Source of the DNA: Prorocentrum cordatum | Taxonomy: Eukaryota | Assembly (NCBI GenBank): GCA_963575745.1 | Contig: CAUYUJ010000234.1 | Coordinates: forward strand, 1 to 64,000 | Direction of reading: 5' to 3' | Length of the DNA stretch: 64,000 nucleotides | In this document: positions 21,520-32,110 of the stretch, one piece after another | Numbering within the stretch: the first letter of the stretch is position 1 | Layout: every line of letters begins with the position of its first letter | Program-made: the position numbers and the translations under genes | The notes under the pieces: model-generated | Databases searched by the model: none | The model's input: only the letters and a program-made list of their open reading frames with translations | Told to the model about the DNA's origin: nothing

Positions 21520-24500
21520 TTAGCGCGGGGCACCAGGTGGAGCGTCGCGGAACGATGACAACATAGCTTGGATGTTGAGTGTCGGCACGGCACCATCGGG
21601 CGAGGCCCTGAGCAGCTCGGCGAAGGCTCGCCCAGCACTGTGGAGGCGCTGGAGTAGAGGGCCTTGACGAGCTTGGGCGGCGGCGAGGTCAGCGGCGAGA
21701 GCTAAGCACCTCTGCTGGAGGGCAGCCATAGCCTGTGACAGCTCGGTTTCGCGGTCGGTGAGGGGTGGCTGCTCTGTGCCAGCAGCCGAGGGCCTCGAGA
21801 CAGAGGCGAGGTCTTCGGTACGCCTGTCCAAATGGTGGACTAGCGTAGTGCGGGACCCAGTACGCTGGCGTCCGTCACCCTTGAAATGTGATTTGAGGGG
21901 CCGACGCGACCCCAGGGCTGGAGCCGCTAGGGCCACGCCCCGAGAGGTCGGGGGAGCCGCTTCCTCTCGCTCAGCAGCGATGGACGCGTGGATGGGGCAC
22001 GAGGGCCTGTCTGGTTTGGTACCCTGCGGGGGGGCTGAAGCCGCCCCCGCGGGCTGCCGGCGGTGGGGGGGTGGAGTGGTCTGCGCGGTGGGACCAGTGG
22101 TGATGCCATGCAAAGGCTCTGAGGTCGGTCGCGTAGAAGGTTGGCGTCTCGGTAGGTCGGCATGGTCAGCAGCGTGTGGTATCGGCGGTGCGTCCTCCAT
22201 GCCACTCGGTCCTCGGGGGTCACCCAGGTCATGGTCGGCGTCCTGGCGGTGGCCGATCTCATCGTATGTGGGCGATATCGCTCTCGGGGACGAAGTCGCA
22301 GTAGGGGTCGAGAGGTTTCCCGACAGGGCGGGGTTTTCGCTGGCTGGTCCGTCGTCCACAGCGTCCGATCCCCCACCGAAGCTGAACAGGTCATCCTCCT
22401 GTTCGTCAGCGTCTTGAAAATGAGCGGCGTTGTCATGTGGGTGCGCTGCCGCTCTCAATGGCGGAGTCGGGGGCGCCGCGCGGGTACCCGACGGGGCAGG
22501 GTTGGCGCTGGCTGGCCCGTCGCCCAGGAAGTCCAGGCCCCCACCAAAGCCGAACGGGTCGTCCTCCTGTTCGTCGAATATCGCCCGTTGGGCCTCGGCC
22601 CAGAGCTCGTCCGGGGTCTGTGGGATGTCTGGTCCAGCCGCGGGTGGTGCCTGGTCAGACAGCAGGGGGTTTGGTTCCATTTTGTTTAGTTCCGCAGCTG
22701 TGAACCCAGCCCTGCGGTGTGGGAGGGGGAGTGTACGGTGTCTGCGCTCGTAGATGGCGACAGCGACTCCATGCAGCACGGTCGCTTGGCGATGTCGTGA
22801 TTTGGCAGCTTCGACAATGTCGTCTGGAAGGTTATGAGTACGTGCCGCCGTTGTGGCGAGGGCGTCAGCCTGACGATTGAACTCCTCCGCGATGGGCCCG
22901 ATGAGCCCGAGGTCGATGCCCATGTCGCCCTGGTGGCTGGCGACTTTCTCGACGCGGAACATGTTGGGCTTGGCCATGACGCATCGGTGTACCTTTTCCC
23001 AGAGCTCCACGTGCGTGCCCTGCGGTGGTGAGTGTCCGTCGATGATCCTTTGGAGACCGTCAACCACCGCCTGGTTGTCCACGAAGACGTGTACGGGCCG
23101 TTCGGCACATGCCGTGAGGTGGACAATGGCGAGGGTCTCCGCAAGCTGTGCGTTCTGCGTGATGCCGTGAACGCGTGCACTGTAGTTCATGCGGTGGTCG
23201 ATGCCGTAGTAGACGCCGTAGCCCGCTCGTGCAAGCAATGGGATGGCTTGGTTGGTGCATGCACCGTCCGTGGCAGCGTAGACCCATGTCCAACCAGTGT
23301 CATGGTCAAGGTAGGTGGTGTAGGAGTCCTGGGCTGAAGCCGCAGGATCTCCCTCAGGTGGGGGCCGCGGTATGGGCTGAGGTAGCGGGTCCCTCGCGAG
23401 GTCGGCCTGCAGGTCGAGGAGGGCTGGGTCTTCATCGAAGAGCCCGCAGTGTCTTGTGTGCGGTGGAAGACGGGCCCACTGCTCGTCACTGATGAGGGTG
23501 GTAAGAGGGACTCTTTCTCGGGCCCAGCACTTGCAGTCGCGAACAGTGTGCTCCTGAGTTTCCTCTTCCTCGTCGCAGTATCGGCAGATGGGGCTGGGGT
23601 CAGCGGACGCGTTTGATCGGGATCGTCGTTGTTGGGTGTGGTCCCCGCCCGACAGGTAGTTAAGGAGGAGCGCCAGCTGCCGCGCGTTGCATTTGGCTGC
23701 TCCTTTCGTTCGGGCGAGCCACGTGCTGGCGAAGAGGTCGAGGCCCTGTCTGACAGAGGCCAGGTGTCCAAGGTCATGACGCCGTGGCTTGATTTTTCTC
23801 AGAAAGGCTCTGCGTTGTGAGGCTCGCAGCATGTGAAGGAAGGCGTTTTGGGGTAGGTTCAGCCAACTGATCTGACAGCCCCAGTCGTCGTACATGATGC
23901 CAAATGTGGGCCAGGTCCAACGGAGCTGCTGAAGCGTCTGGACAAGTCGTCCAACAGGTCCTCCCCCGAAAAGGGTCTGGACATGGTGTTGGAGATCCCT
24001 GACGAGACCGCAGAGAGTAGCGTCGCGGTTAACCTGTCGCCGCAGACACAGGAAGACTTCACGCTGCATAATGGCGTCAATCTCCAGGGCGTGTCCTGGG
24101 ACGCACACGGCCATGAGAGTCCAAAACTCGACCCACCTGTTTCCCTTGGGGCGGATAGCCGCCTTAAGGGCATGGTTGTAGGCAGTTTTGACGGGGCCTG
24201 ATGGGGCTTGAATGTCGGTGCCCGTGGTACAGACGCTGGCAGCAAGGGAACGGGCGTGCCGCGCCTTAATAAGCATCGGCGATGGGAGCTTGCCAATGCG
24301 CGGCAGGCGACTAGTCGCCCTCCGAACACGGGCGTCAGCGGTGGCCGTGAGGTTAAGCGCGGCTGGAGCCGGCGCTGCCTCGGCGTTGATGTAACTCCCG
24401 ACGAGCTTGAAGGAGTCGACCACGCGTAAGGGCCGTTCCGCCAGAGTGAGCTGGGTAACGGCGGCGTGAAGCTCGTCGGTGAGCGCCCACCCCGCCACTT

Positions 24501-27468
24501 TGCCAGGGTGAATGCGTTGACCAGAAAATCGATCAAACTTGGCGGTTTCATCAAGAGATTTCTGCAACTCAGGCGCGGTGTGGGTAGTGGAGTTGCTGTC
24601 GTCAACAATGGTAGTGCTGAGTGATCGCGGAACGTATCGATGCTGTCTCTTGGTCCACACACACATGAGCAGCTTAATGTCGTCCAGGGACCAAGAGCTT
24701 CCCTGGAGGTGCCCGTTAGTCCTGGCCAGTTCCTTAGAGTACGCACCGTTCATGCGGATGTAGCGTTTGTGGCGACTGTAGAAGTTTCTGCGGACAGTAA
24801 CGATGTCTTGGGGGCACCCCGCGTGAAGCGCAAGGTTAAGACAGATGTCCGTGATGAGGTAGTCGAAACACTTCTGTCGGTCCAGGGCAGCTCCAGCTAA
24901 GGGAAGGAGTAAGGCCCTGGCGTGTTCGATGCGCAGGGCAAGAGAGGTGCTGACGTCCCCAATGGTAGCTTTGGGGACAGCGCCAAAACTCGTGGCGTGG
25001 GTCCATCCTTTCCGCCAGTCCGTGAGGCTGCGGTAAGCTGGCGCTTCCCACGCATACATCCAAACGGAAAGCACCGAGAGAAGTCGTTGGTCCGTTGGGA
25101 GTTCGCCTCGGCCTTTTCGGAGGCACGGGTTTGGCACGTGGAGGAGGGGTTCTGGGATGGTGCCAGTGCGTTGCATAGCGCGTAGGACGCTGGCGAAGAG
25201 GCGAAGAATGTCGTCGGGTAACTCCTTAGCCTCCTTAGTAGTCCAGCCGTCCAGTCCCCCCGCGCGGCGCGGTGAACGGGTGCGAATGAAGTGGATGAGT
25301 TGGTCGTCGGTAAGGTGGAAAGGGGTAGCTGGTGATGGCGTAGGCAGCTCCTGTCGGTACTCGTCGTAGAAGTCGGCCCACGTCGGCATGGCTTCGGCGT
25401 CATGTCCCGCACGTGCACGGTACCTGCCCAAGATGGGCTCCCAGGTGTCGACCATGAGCTTCAGCATGTCCTTGGTGTTAGCAACAATGGCGTTGGCAGG
25501 GAGGATGTCGGGGACTTGCGCAGGTGGTGGTTCACGAGTGTGGTCTTCGTCGCTGTCCGTGTCGGGCGAACTACCGTCGCTGGGGCTGAAGCCGCCAGCT
25601 TCGGTGTCAGCGTCGCTGTCGTCCGTGCAAGCTTCGTCAGGTTTAAAGGCGTTGGTGTCGCAGTGGAGTTGCGTGTCGTCAGGTGTGGTAGGCGTGCGGA
25701 GATACGCCGTGGGCGAGCTGTCAGCAGCCCGTGCGTATATGGCCGCCTTTCGCCCGCTTGGCTCGCGGACGCCCTCAGCCCATATCTTGATGCGTTCAGC
25801 TTTGGCACGGTTCGCACGTCGCGCCAGCTCCAAGTCGAGGTGTTGGATCAAAACGTCAAGGTGCTCTCCGTGAGGCACTGGCTCGTCGGGGGTCCAGGCC
25901 TCGGGGAAGTCTAGGAGAACCGTGGGGCGCAGCTTGTGGCATAAGAGGCGGGCCGCGGTCCACGTGCAGTCGATGCGCTGCGCGAGGTACGGCGGGATAG
26001 CCCGGCAATCCAAATGATGGTGCTGTCCGATGAAACGGAGCTCACAGAGTTGCCGATGGAGCTTGCGCAGTCGGTTCATGTGTATCGTGGAAGCTCCGTA
26101 GGTGGGGAAGGCGCGGGGGACAACTGGTCGATCTTCGAACGTGGGCGTGAGCCCGTGCATGGTGGGGGGCTTCTTTTTTGGGTGGTCGGGCGGTGGAGGT
26201 GGCAGGTCGCGCAGACGGGTGAGATGGTACTCATGACTGGCCTCGTTAGCCAGGGCGAACATGCGCTCCACGTCGTCGCGTGTGTCGGCCTGTTCCATGC
26301 GGTCCTGATATCGCCCAGCGATGAGGGTCCCTAGTGCCTGCAGCTCGTGACCCTCATGAGCTCCATCGTCGGGAGGGTAGGGCGTGGGGGCAAGAAGACG
26401 TCGGGCCGTATGGTCGAGGCGACTGAGGTCAAGCGTGACCTGCAGGCCAACATGAGACTTCGCTGGCAAGTCGCGAAGGTAGCAGAAGTCGGTGACAAGG
26501 GATCGCGCCGCTTGGTTGGCAATGATATAATCGATGCGCGAAGTGCGGGGGCACTTGGTGACGCGGTCCCAGTCAGGGATATTGCCGTATGTGTGCATGG
26601 TGTGGTCTGGTGTGCCCTCAGCAACGTTGAACCATCCGTGCTGCAACATGTGCAGAAGGTGTGGGTTGTCGTCAATGTTCGTATTGGCGTCCATGCAGAT
26701 GAAGTAGGGGGCTGAGCCGACCCTCGCGGCGGCGCAGTCAGCGAGCCGAAAAAGAGCTGTGCTGTCTCCTCCAGCAATCCCGTAGAGGCTCGCTATGTAG
26801 ATCCCCGCGGGCCCGTGGTTGTTTCGTCGCCGCCTGCGGCGGTGTTGAGTGCAGAGCGGGAGAAAGACCTCGTGCCATCTTTTCTTGGCCTTGAGGGCGG
26901 CGATACAGGGCGCATTGTCGTCGACAGTGGAGTCGACAATGGCATCCTTAGAGAGGATGGCGACCCCTCCCGAGGCGCCAGTGTTGCCCACAACGGTGTG
27001 GTCTGTGCCGCCGTGGGCAGCTCTGCGCTGGGCTCGCGCCAGATCAAGGTCAGGTCCAAGACTGGCGTGGTATCCTCCGTGGAGTGGATTGGCGGCGCTG
27101 GTAGCGATGGCTTGCCTAGTCGGCTTGGCATGTCGGGTCTCCTGCAGTGCTATGACTGCGGCGTTGTGGTCGACACCAAGGGCGGTGATGGTTGGCCAAT
27201 TCGCTGCGAGACTGGTGATGTTAAGGCTGACGAGGTGTATGGAGCGACCTGGCCCGTCTCCATCGGTGGAGCTGGGGTTTGCACGCCCCGCGCGGTGAAG
27301 GTCAGCCTGACCCTCGCCCAGGTAGGAGGCTTGGCCACAGTAGGAGCTCATGGCGTTCCTATGGATTAGCTTGACCGGGGCTGAAGCCGCCGTCAGGCCA
27401 GGAAGTATAGGCGGGACACGGTCGGCACTGCGCCAGGGGGGGTTCATAAACGTCAGTAAAAATGTCAC
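21520..27468 (-). CDS. Intact pol polyprotein: APE endonuclease, reverse transcriptase, CCHC finger, RNase H (probable ATG at 27351)
   Basis: 1982-codon open frame. APE motifs: SLNIT, LQET, MDAN, SRIDYI, KSH. RT motifs: KGRG...DQRLLS, LDRQKCFD, QGSSWS, IVDD, KLVG. CCHC: CRYC-x8-H-x4-C. RNase H: ATDGAC, AETLA, VDNQ, VASH, NRQADALA. Confidence 0.95.
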   Translation of the reverse strand: MTFLLTFMNPPWRSADRVPPILPGLTAASAPVKLIHRNAMSSYCGQASYLGEGQADLHRAGRANPSSTDGDGPGRSIHLVSLNITSLAANWPTITALGVDHNAAVIALQETRHAKPTRQAIATSAANPLHGGYHASLGPDLDLARAQRRAAHGGTDHTVVGNTGASGGVAILSKDAIVDSTVDDNAPCIAALKAKKRWHEVFLPLCTQHRRRRRRNNHGPAGIYIASLYGIAGGDSTALFRLADCAAARVGSAPYFICMDANTNIDDNPHLLHMLQHGWFNVAEGTPDHTMHTYGNIPDWDRVTKCPRTSRIDYIIANQAARSLVTDFCYLRDLPAKSHVGLQVTLDLSRLDHTARRLLAPTPYPPDDGAHEGHELQALGTLIAGRYQDRMEQADTRDDVERMFALANEASHEYHLTRLRDLPPPPPDHPKKKPPTMHGLTPTFEDRPVVPRAFPTYGASTIHMNRLRKLHRQLCELRFIGQHHHLDCRAIPPYLAQRIDCTWTAARLLCHKLRPTVLLDFPEAWTPDEPVPHGEHLDVLIQHLDLELARRANRAKAERIKIWAEGVREPSGRKAAIYARAADSSPTAYLRTPTTPDDTQLHCDTNAFKPDEACTDDSDADTEAGGFSPSDGSSPDTDSDEDHTREPPPAQVPDILPANAIVANTKDMLKLMVDTWEPILGRYRARAGHDAEAMPTWADFYDEYRQELPTPSPATPFHLTDDQLIHFIRTRSPRRAGGLDGWTTKEAKELPDDILRLFASVLRAMQRTGTIPEPLLHVPNPCLRKGRGELPTDQRLLSVLSVWMYAWEAPAYRSLTDWRKGWTHATSFGAVPKATIGDVSTSLALRIEHARALLLPLAGAALDRQKCFDYLITDICLNLALHAGCPQDIVTVRRNFYSRHKRYIRMNGAYSKELARTNGHLQGSSWSLDDIKLLMCVWTKRQHRYVPRSLSTTIVDDSNSTTHTAPELQKSLDETAKFDRFSGQRIHPGKVAGWALTDELHAAVTQLTLAERPLRVVDSFKLVGSYINAEAAPAPAALNLTATADARVRRATSRLPRIGKLPSPMLIKARHARSLAASVCTTGTDIQAPSGPVKTAYNHALKAAIRPKGNRWVEFWTLMAVCVPGHALEIDAIMQREVFLCLRRQVNRDATLCGLVRDLQHHVQTLFGGGPVGRLVQTLQQLRWTWPTFGIMYDDWGCQISWLNLPQNAFLHMLRASQRRAFLRKIKPRRHDLGHLASVRQGLDLFASTWLARTKGAAKCNARQLALLLNYLSGGDHTQQRRSRSNASADPSPICRYCDEEEETQEHTVRDCKCWARERVPLTTLISDEQWARLPPHTRHCGLFDEDPALLDLQADLARDPLPQPIPRPPPEGDPAASAQDSYTTYLDHDTGWTWVYAATDGACTNQAIPLLARAGYGVYYGIDHRMNYSARVHGITQNAQLAETLAIVHLTACAERPVHVFVDNQAVVDGLQRIIDGHSPPQGTHVELWEKVHRCVMAKPNMFRVEKVASHQGDMGIDLGLIGPIAEEFNRQADALATTAARTHNLPDDIVEAAKSRHRQATVLHGVAVAIYERRHRTLPLPHRRAGFTAAELNKMEPNPLLSDQAPPAAGPDIPQTPDELWAEAQRAIFDEQEDDPFGFGGGLDFLGDGPASANPAPSGTRAAPPTPPLRAAAHPHDNAAHFQDADEQEDDLFSFGGGSDAVDDGPASENPALSGNLSTPTATSSPRAISPTYDEIGHRQDADHDLGDPRGPSGMEDAPPIPHAADHADLPRRQPSTRPTSEPLHGITTGPTAQTTPPPHRRQPAGAASAPPQGTKPDRPSCPIHASIAAEREEAAPPTSRGVALAAPALGSRRPLKSHFKGDGRQRTGSRTTLVHHLDRRTEDLASVSRPSAAGTEQPPLTDRETELSQAMAALQQRCLALAADLAAAQARQGPLLQRLHSAGRAFAELLRASPDGAVPTLNIQAMLSSFRDAPPGAPR

Positions 27469-29382
27469 GAAAAATCCTCCTCACTCCAGTACTGTAGGGG
27501 ACGAGGGGAGGAGAGGTGAGACGGCAGCAGAGGGAGAAGGAGGCGACTCCTCGATCCGTCCTGCCGAACACAGAAACAAAAGCGAACCAGCGGCGGCGGC
27601 TAGGCGCGGCGGCGGCACAACGCACGCGCATGTACTGCGCACGCGACACCGCTGGTCCCTCCTGCGGTGGCGCGCCCGCCCCGTCAGTATCTTGATGAGC
27701 AGCATCTGGTGGAACGGCTCCAGCAGCACGGTCGGAGGCCTGGCGCTGGGCCTCGTCCATGCCCGCTGCCGTGAGGCCCACGTTGCGGACAGGGCTGATT
27801 CCCCGCGGGGCCGCCGCTGCCGCGGCAGCAGCTGAGGTGGCGGGGGCTCCGCCCCGACTCTGAGGTGAGAGCGGTGAGCCCCCGCCGAAACCCGCCACAA
27901 GGTTCTTGACACGGTACTTGTTCTTGAACGGGTCGAAGGTTGGCGCCTCGTCGATGGGGACGATCACGCGGGTGGGCAGCGGCGGCTCGTGGTCCGTGGA
28001 CGGCGTCGGCTCGAGGTCAACCGCCTGGCCAGGTTCGATGACGCTGGCTCCGAAGCGTGGCACCACTTCGGGGGCTCGGCCATCAGCCTGAGTCTCGCGA
28101 GGCGGCGAGCTCGTGGAGCTCCCTGGGGCCTTGCGTGAACTGTGGCGGCTGCAGGTCCTGCTGCGCGGGACGCGCCCGCCCGTGTGGCGGTCGCGTGGCG
28201 AGGTCGCCTGGGCATTAGCGCGCTCGGAATCCGCCCTGCTCGGGGATCGGATCGGCGCCGCGCAGGGTGATGGGCTGGGCTGGCGAGAGGCGCTTGTGCC
28301 GCCCTCCGCCGTGGCTGTGGCCTGGTCGGGGTCGACAGCGTCGGGGCGGGGGCTGACGTGGTGGGCGCTTCCCTCGCTGTGCCGCGGGGAGGCGCTGTGA
28401 TGCGCCTGGATGTGCGTGAGGACGAGCGGGGTAAGCGGCTGCCTCTCCCGCTCAGGTGGGGCAGGTTTTGCCTGGGCAGGGCGCAGTGCTGCAGCCACGT
28501 TTGGCGGGGGCGTGTGCTGGCGCGGTTGCCAAGCGCGCACGTTCGCATCACGCCATCCTTCGGGGCGCCCAGCCCTGCCACGGTTTGTTGCAGCCCCCTG
28601 GGCTGAAGCCGCAGGGGTTATCACTGCGGGCTGGTTGCTGGAGGTGCCATCATGTCGGCCTGAGTAAAGGCCCCAGGCGCGCGTGGACCCTGGCACTGGC
28701 GAGGTGGCCCTTAGGGCCTGCACGGGTGCACGCGGGTAGCCGATGACCGCTGGGTGTACCCTGGCGTGGGGGGCGTGGCCGTAGCTGGAGGCGGCTGCTC
28801 CAGCAGCCGCGGGCCTGGCGCCTATGGGGCCACGGTAGTAGGCGGCAACCCCGTCGTAGGCCGTGTTACCGCCTGTCGGGACTCGCGCGGGGGAGCGGAA
28901 GCGTGGCGTGCCGTGCTGTCCTGCGTCACGTTGGTCCCGCTGCTGGATGCGCTGCTGGTGCTGTTGGTGACGCTGCCAGTCGGCTCTCGAGAGGGGACGG
29001 GTGTCGGGGAGGATGGTGGGCACGTCGGGCCGCTGCCAGCCCCGATAGACGTGCTCGAAGGCGTGGTCAGGGTAGGTCCCCCCTACGGGTGAGTATCGCC
29101 GCACATGCTCCATGTAGTCGATGTTCTGCGGCTCGGAGATCGCCGTGATGTTGACGGCTCGCTGGTGCGCTGGTCCATAGAGGCAGAAACTACCACGGTT
29201 GCTGCGGTCGTGGTTTAGCTCGGCTTCGGTCGTGGCACGGCTCACCATGGCGTCGCAGAGTCGCATGTCGTAGTCGAGGGCTTGAGGCCCAGGACCACCC
29301 TCGGCGTCCCAGTACAGTACCACATCTCGCCAGCGGGTGCGGGTGGTGTGGATGCGCTCGGCGATCGACTCGCAGACGGTCC
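27359..29382 (-). CDS. Truncated accessory ORF of copy 2
   Basis: Open frame homologous to copy 1 8350-10472; it ends at a TAG just before the pol ATG. Confidence 0.7.
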
Positions 29383-29413
<31 letters not shown>

Positions 29414-29471
29414 GGGAGAGAGAAAGGGAGAGAGAGGGAGGGAGGGAGGGAGGGAGGGAGGGAGGGAGAGG

Positions 29472-29533
<62 letters not shown>

Positions 29534-29548
29534 GAGAGAGAAGAGAAG

Positions 29549-29631
<83 letters not shown>
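29383..29631. repeat. (AG)n/(GGGA)n tract followed by a poly(A) run
   Basis: Directly visible. Confidence 0.95.
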
Positions 29632-29632
<1 letters not shown>

Positions 29633-30734
29633 GGCAACGCGCACGAGGATGCGGAGTCATGAATAGGAATGCCATATGGGATGACAGGGATCGAGGCGAG
29701 GATGGCACCAAGCGAGGTTCGTTCTTTTTTTGTGAGTTTCCTGTGGGCCTTTGCTGAGCCTGTGCTGCGCTACTAGGCCTGAGCTGGGCCTCAGCGCTGG
29801 ACATGAAATCAAAATCGGATATCCTCGATGCCACGCGCCACCATCCGTAGCATTCTCTTCCTCCTTCTCATCCTCCTCATCCTCCTCCTCATCCTCCGTT
29901 TCTTTCGTCGCCCCCGTCCTCGTCCTGCTACTCCTTGCTCCTCGAGATCGTCGGCCTCCCCCCTGTATCAGCGCCCCCTTTCCTCGCCCTCGTCGCCCTA
30001 GATCTGCGGCCCCTGACTCGAGCAGGAAGGCTCGGGGCCAGCCGACGGCCCCGCCCCGAGCGCTCGATCAGCATCGAGCTTGCAGCAGGCGAATAGGGAG
30101 TTGTTGGGCTTGCCATCGGTCTAAGATTGCAGCATGCGAATATGGAGTTGGGGGGCATGCATTGCCGATCGATCTTTGCATCAGGCGAATAGAATGTCTT
30201 GCAGCAGGCGAATTGGAAGTTGGTAGGCTTGCCATGCAGCATGCGAATATATTTGAGGGCATGCATTGCCGATCCCTGTAGCAAGCGAATAGTATAGTTA
30301 TTCTTTGCAGCATGCGGATGGGACCGGGGGGTGCTATCGGCCAAACCTTGCAGCTAGGATGAAGGAACTATAGGACAACGAGGAGGAACATGATCGAGGA
30401 GGCGGGGGGATAACGAAGATGAGAAGGAAGAAGACGTCGGGGACACTGAGGACGACATGGCCCTGATGACCAGGAGACAGGATGAGGATGATCAGGCGGA
30501 GAAGGTAGGGTGATGGGGAGGGAGGAAGCGGACAGATGAAGATCATGATTATGGAAGGGCACGGGGAGAGGAGGAGGAATGATACGATTACATTCCCACT
30601 CCTCCTCCCATCCCCTCTTCCCTAGAGGAGGAGATGGGGATCAGGAGGATCAGGGGGGTGGAGGGGGAGATGGAGGACGAGGAGAAGGAGGATCAGGACC
30701 CTGAAGAGTTCTTCAGTCTGCAGGGTCCTCCAGA

Positions 30735-30768
<34 letters not shown>

Positions 30769-30801
30769 TCCCCGTGTCCTCGCGTCCTCCAATGCTCCGA
30801 T

Positions 30802-30859
30802 CGATTGTGAACTTCCTCGTGCCTATATATATATATAAGCATGAGGAAGTTCACAATCG
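30802..30859. repeat. Imperfect inverted repeat centred on (TA)n
   Basis: CGATTGTGAACTTCCTCGTGCC-(TA)n-AGCATGAGGAAGTTCACAATCG, with two mismatches in 22-bp arms. Confidence 0.85.
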
Positions 30860-31338
30860 GAGTATATGGGGACGATTGTCAATCTCCTCGCCGAAGAGAT
30901 TGACAATCAGAGAAATCTCCGATGATGCCCATGGACGGGTCCTCGAGCCCGGTTCCTCTAGGGAGCTGCGGGCCCAAGGGCCGATGATATGGGCACCATC
31001 GGGGTCAAAATATGTAGTGGCCTCTTGACCCCCCCCCCGCTCGCCGCCCCCCCCCCGCGCCCCTGCGCCCGCAGGTGCAGACGCACGCGCTGGCGCCATC
31101 GCCGCGGCCGACGCAACGACGCATGACGCAAGTGACACGGCCGCTACAGCTCTGGAAGCGAACGCTTTTTTTTTTTTTCCGGCTATCGTGCTACACGGCA
31201 GCTTCAGGCCACCATGTGGCCGAGCTCCATCATAGCACCTGTCGACACATTGCCCTCGCGGCATCGTCGCGATGGCATCGCGGGGGTCGATCATGCCCTT
31301 CAATGGTGCGACCACGACGATGTCGCAAGGGCATGTGT

Positions 31339-32110
31339 CATGGTTTCATGGTTTCCTGGTCCATGGTTTTCGCATGGTTTATCAATGGTTGTTCCATGGT
31401 TTCACAATGGTTTTTCACGGATTCCTGGCTTCATGATTTCATTGTTTTCCCATGGTTTCTCCATGGTTTGTCCATGGCTTCCTGGTTTCATGGTTTCATG
31501 GTTTTTCCATGGTTTCCCGGTTTCACGGTTTCCTGGTTTCATTGTTTTTCCATGGTTTCACTGCGGTTTCACGGCTTCCTGGTTTCATGGTTTTTCAAAG
31601 GTTCCATGGTTTCTTGGTCTCATGGTTTTTCATTGTTTTTTCATGGTTGCGCAATGGTTTCACCATGGTGTCCTGGCCTCCTGGCTTCCTGGTTTCATGT
31701 TTTTTTTCAATGGTTTCACAATGGTTTCCTGGTTTCCTGGTTTCATGGTTTCATTGCTTTTCCATGGTTTCATATTTTCCTGGTTTCATGGGTTCCTGGT
31801 TTCGTGGTTTTTCCGTGGTTTCACCATGGTTTCCTGGTTTCCTGGTTTCACGGTTTTTCATTGGTTTCATGGTTTCCTGGTTTCCTGGTTTCCTGGTTTT
31901 TCCATGGTTTCACAATGGTTTCATAGCTTCCTGGTTTCATTGTTTCATGTTTTCCCATGGTTTTTCCATGGTTTCATGATTGCCTGGTTTCATGGTTTCA
32001 TTGTTTTTCCATGGTTTCCTGGCTTCCTGGTTTCATGGTTTCATGGTTCTTCAATGGTTCCACCATGGTTTTTCAGGTTTTCATGGTTTTTCCATGGTTA
32101 CATTGTTTTT
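31339..32110. repeat. Degenerate 8-10 bp satellite (CATGGTTT / CCTGGTTT)
   Basis: Directly visible tandem array; the long ORFs over it are artefacts of the repeat. Confidence 0.95.

Larger units (their letters stand above)
21151..29382 (-). mobile_element. Large LINE copy 2, 5'-truncated
   Basis: Same 3' terminus as copy 1 (plus strand ATCGGACAAGTAGGCGGACCAGGG). Homology stops at GCAGACGGTCC (equivalent to 10472 in copy 1), directly against (AG)n. Confidence 0.93.
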
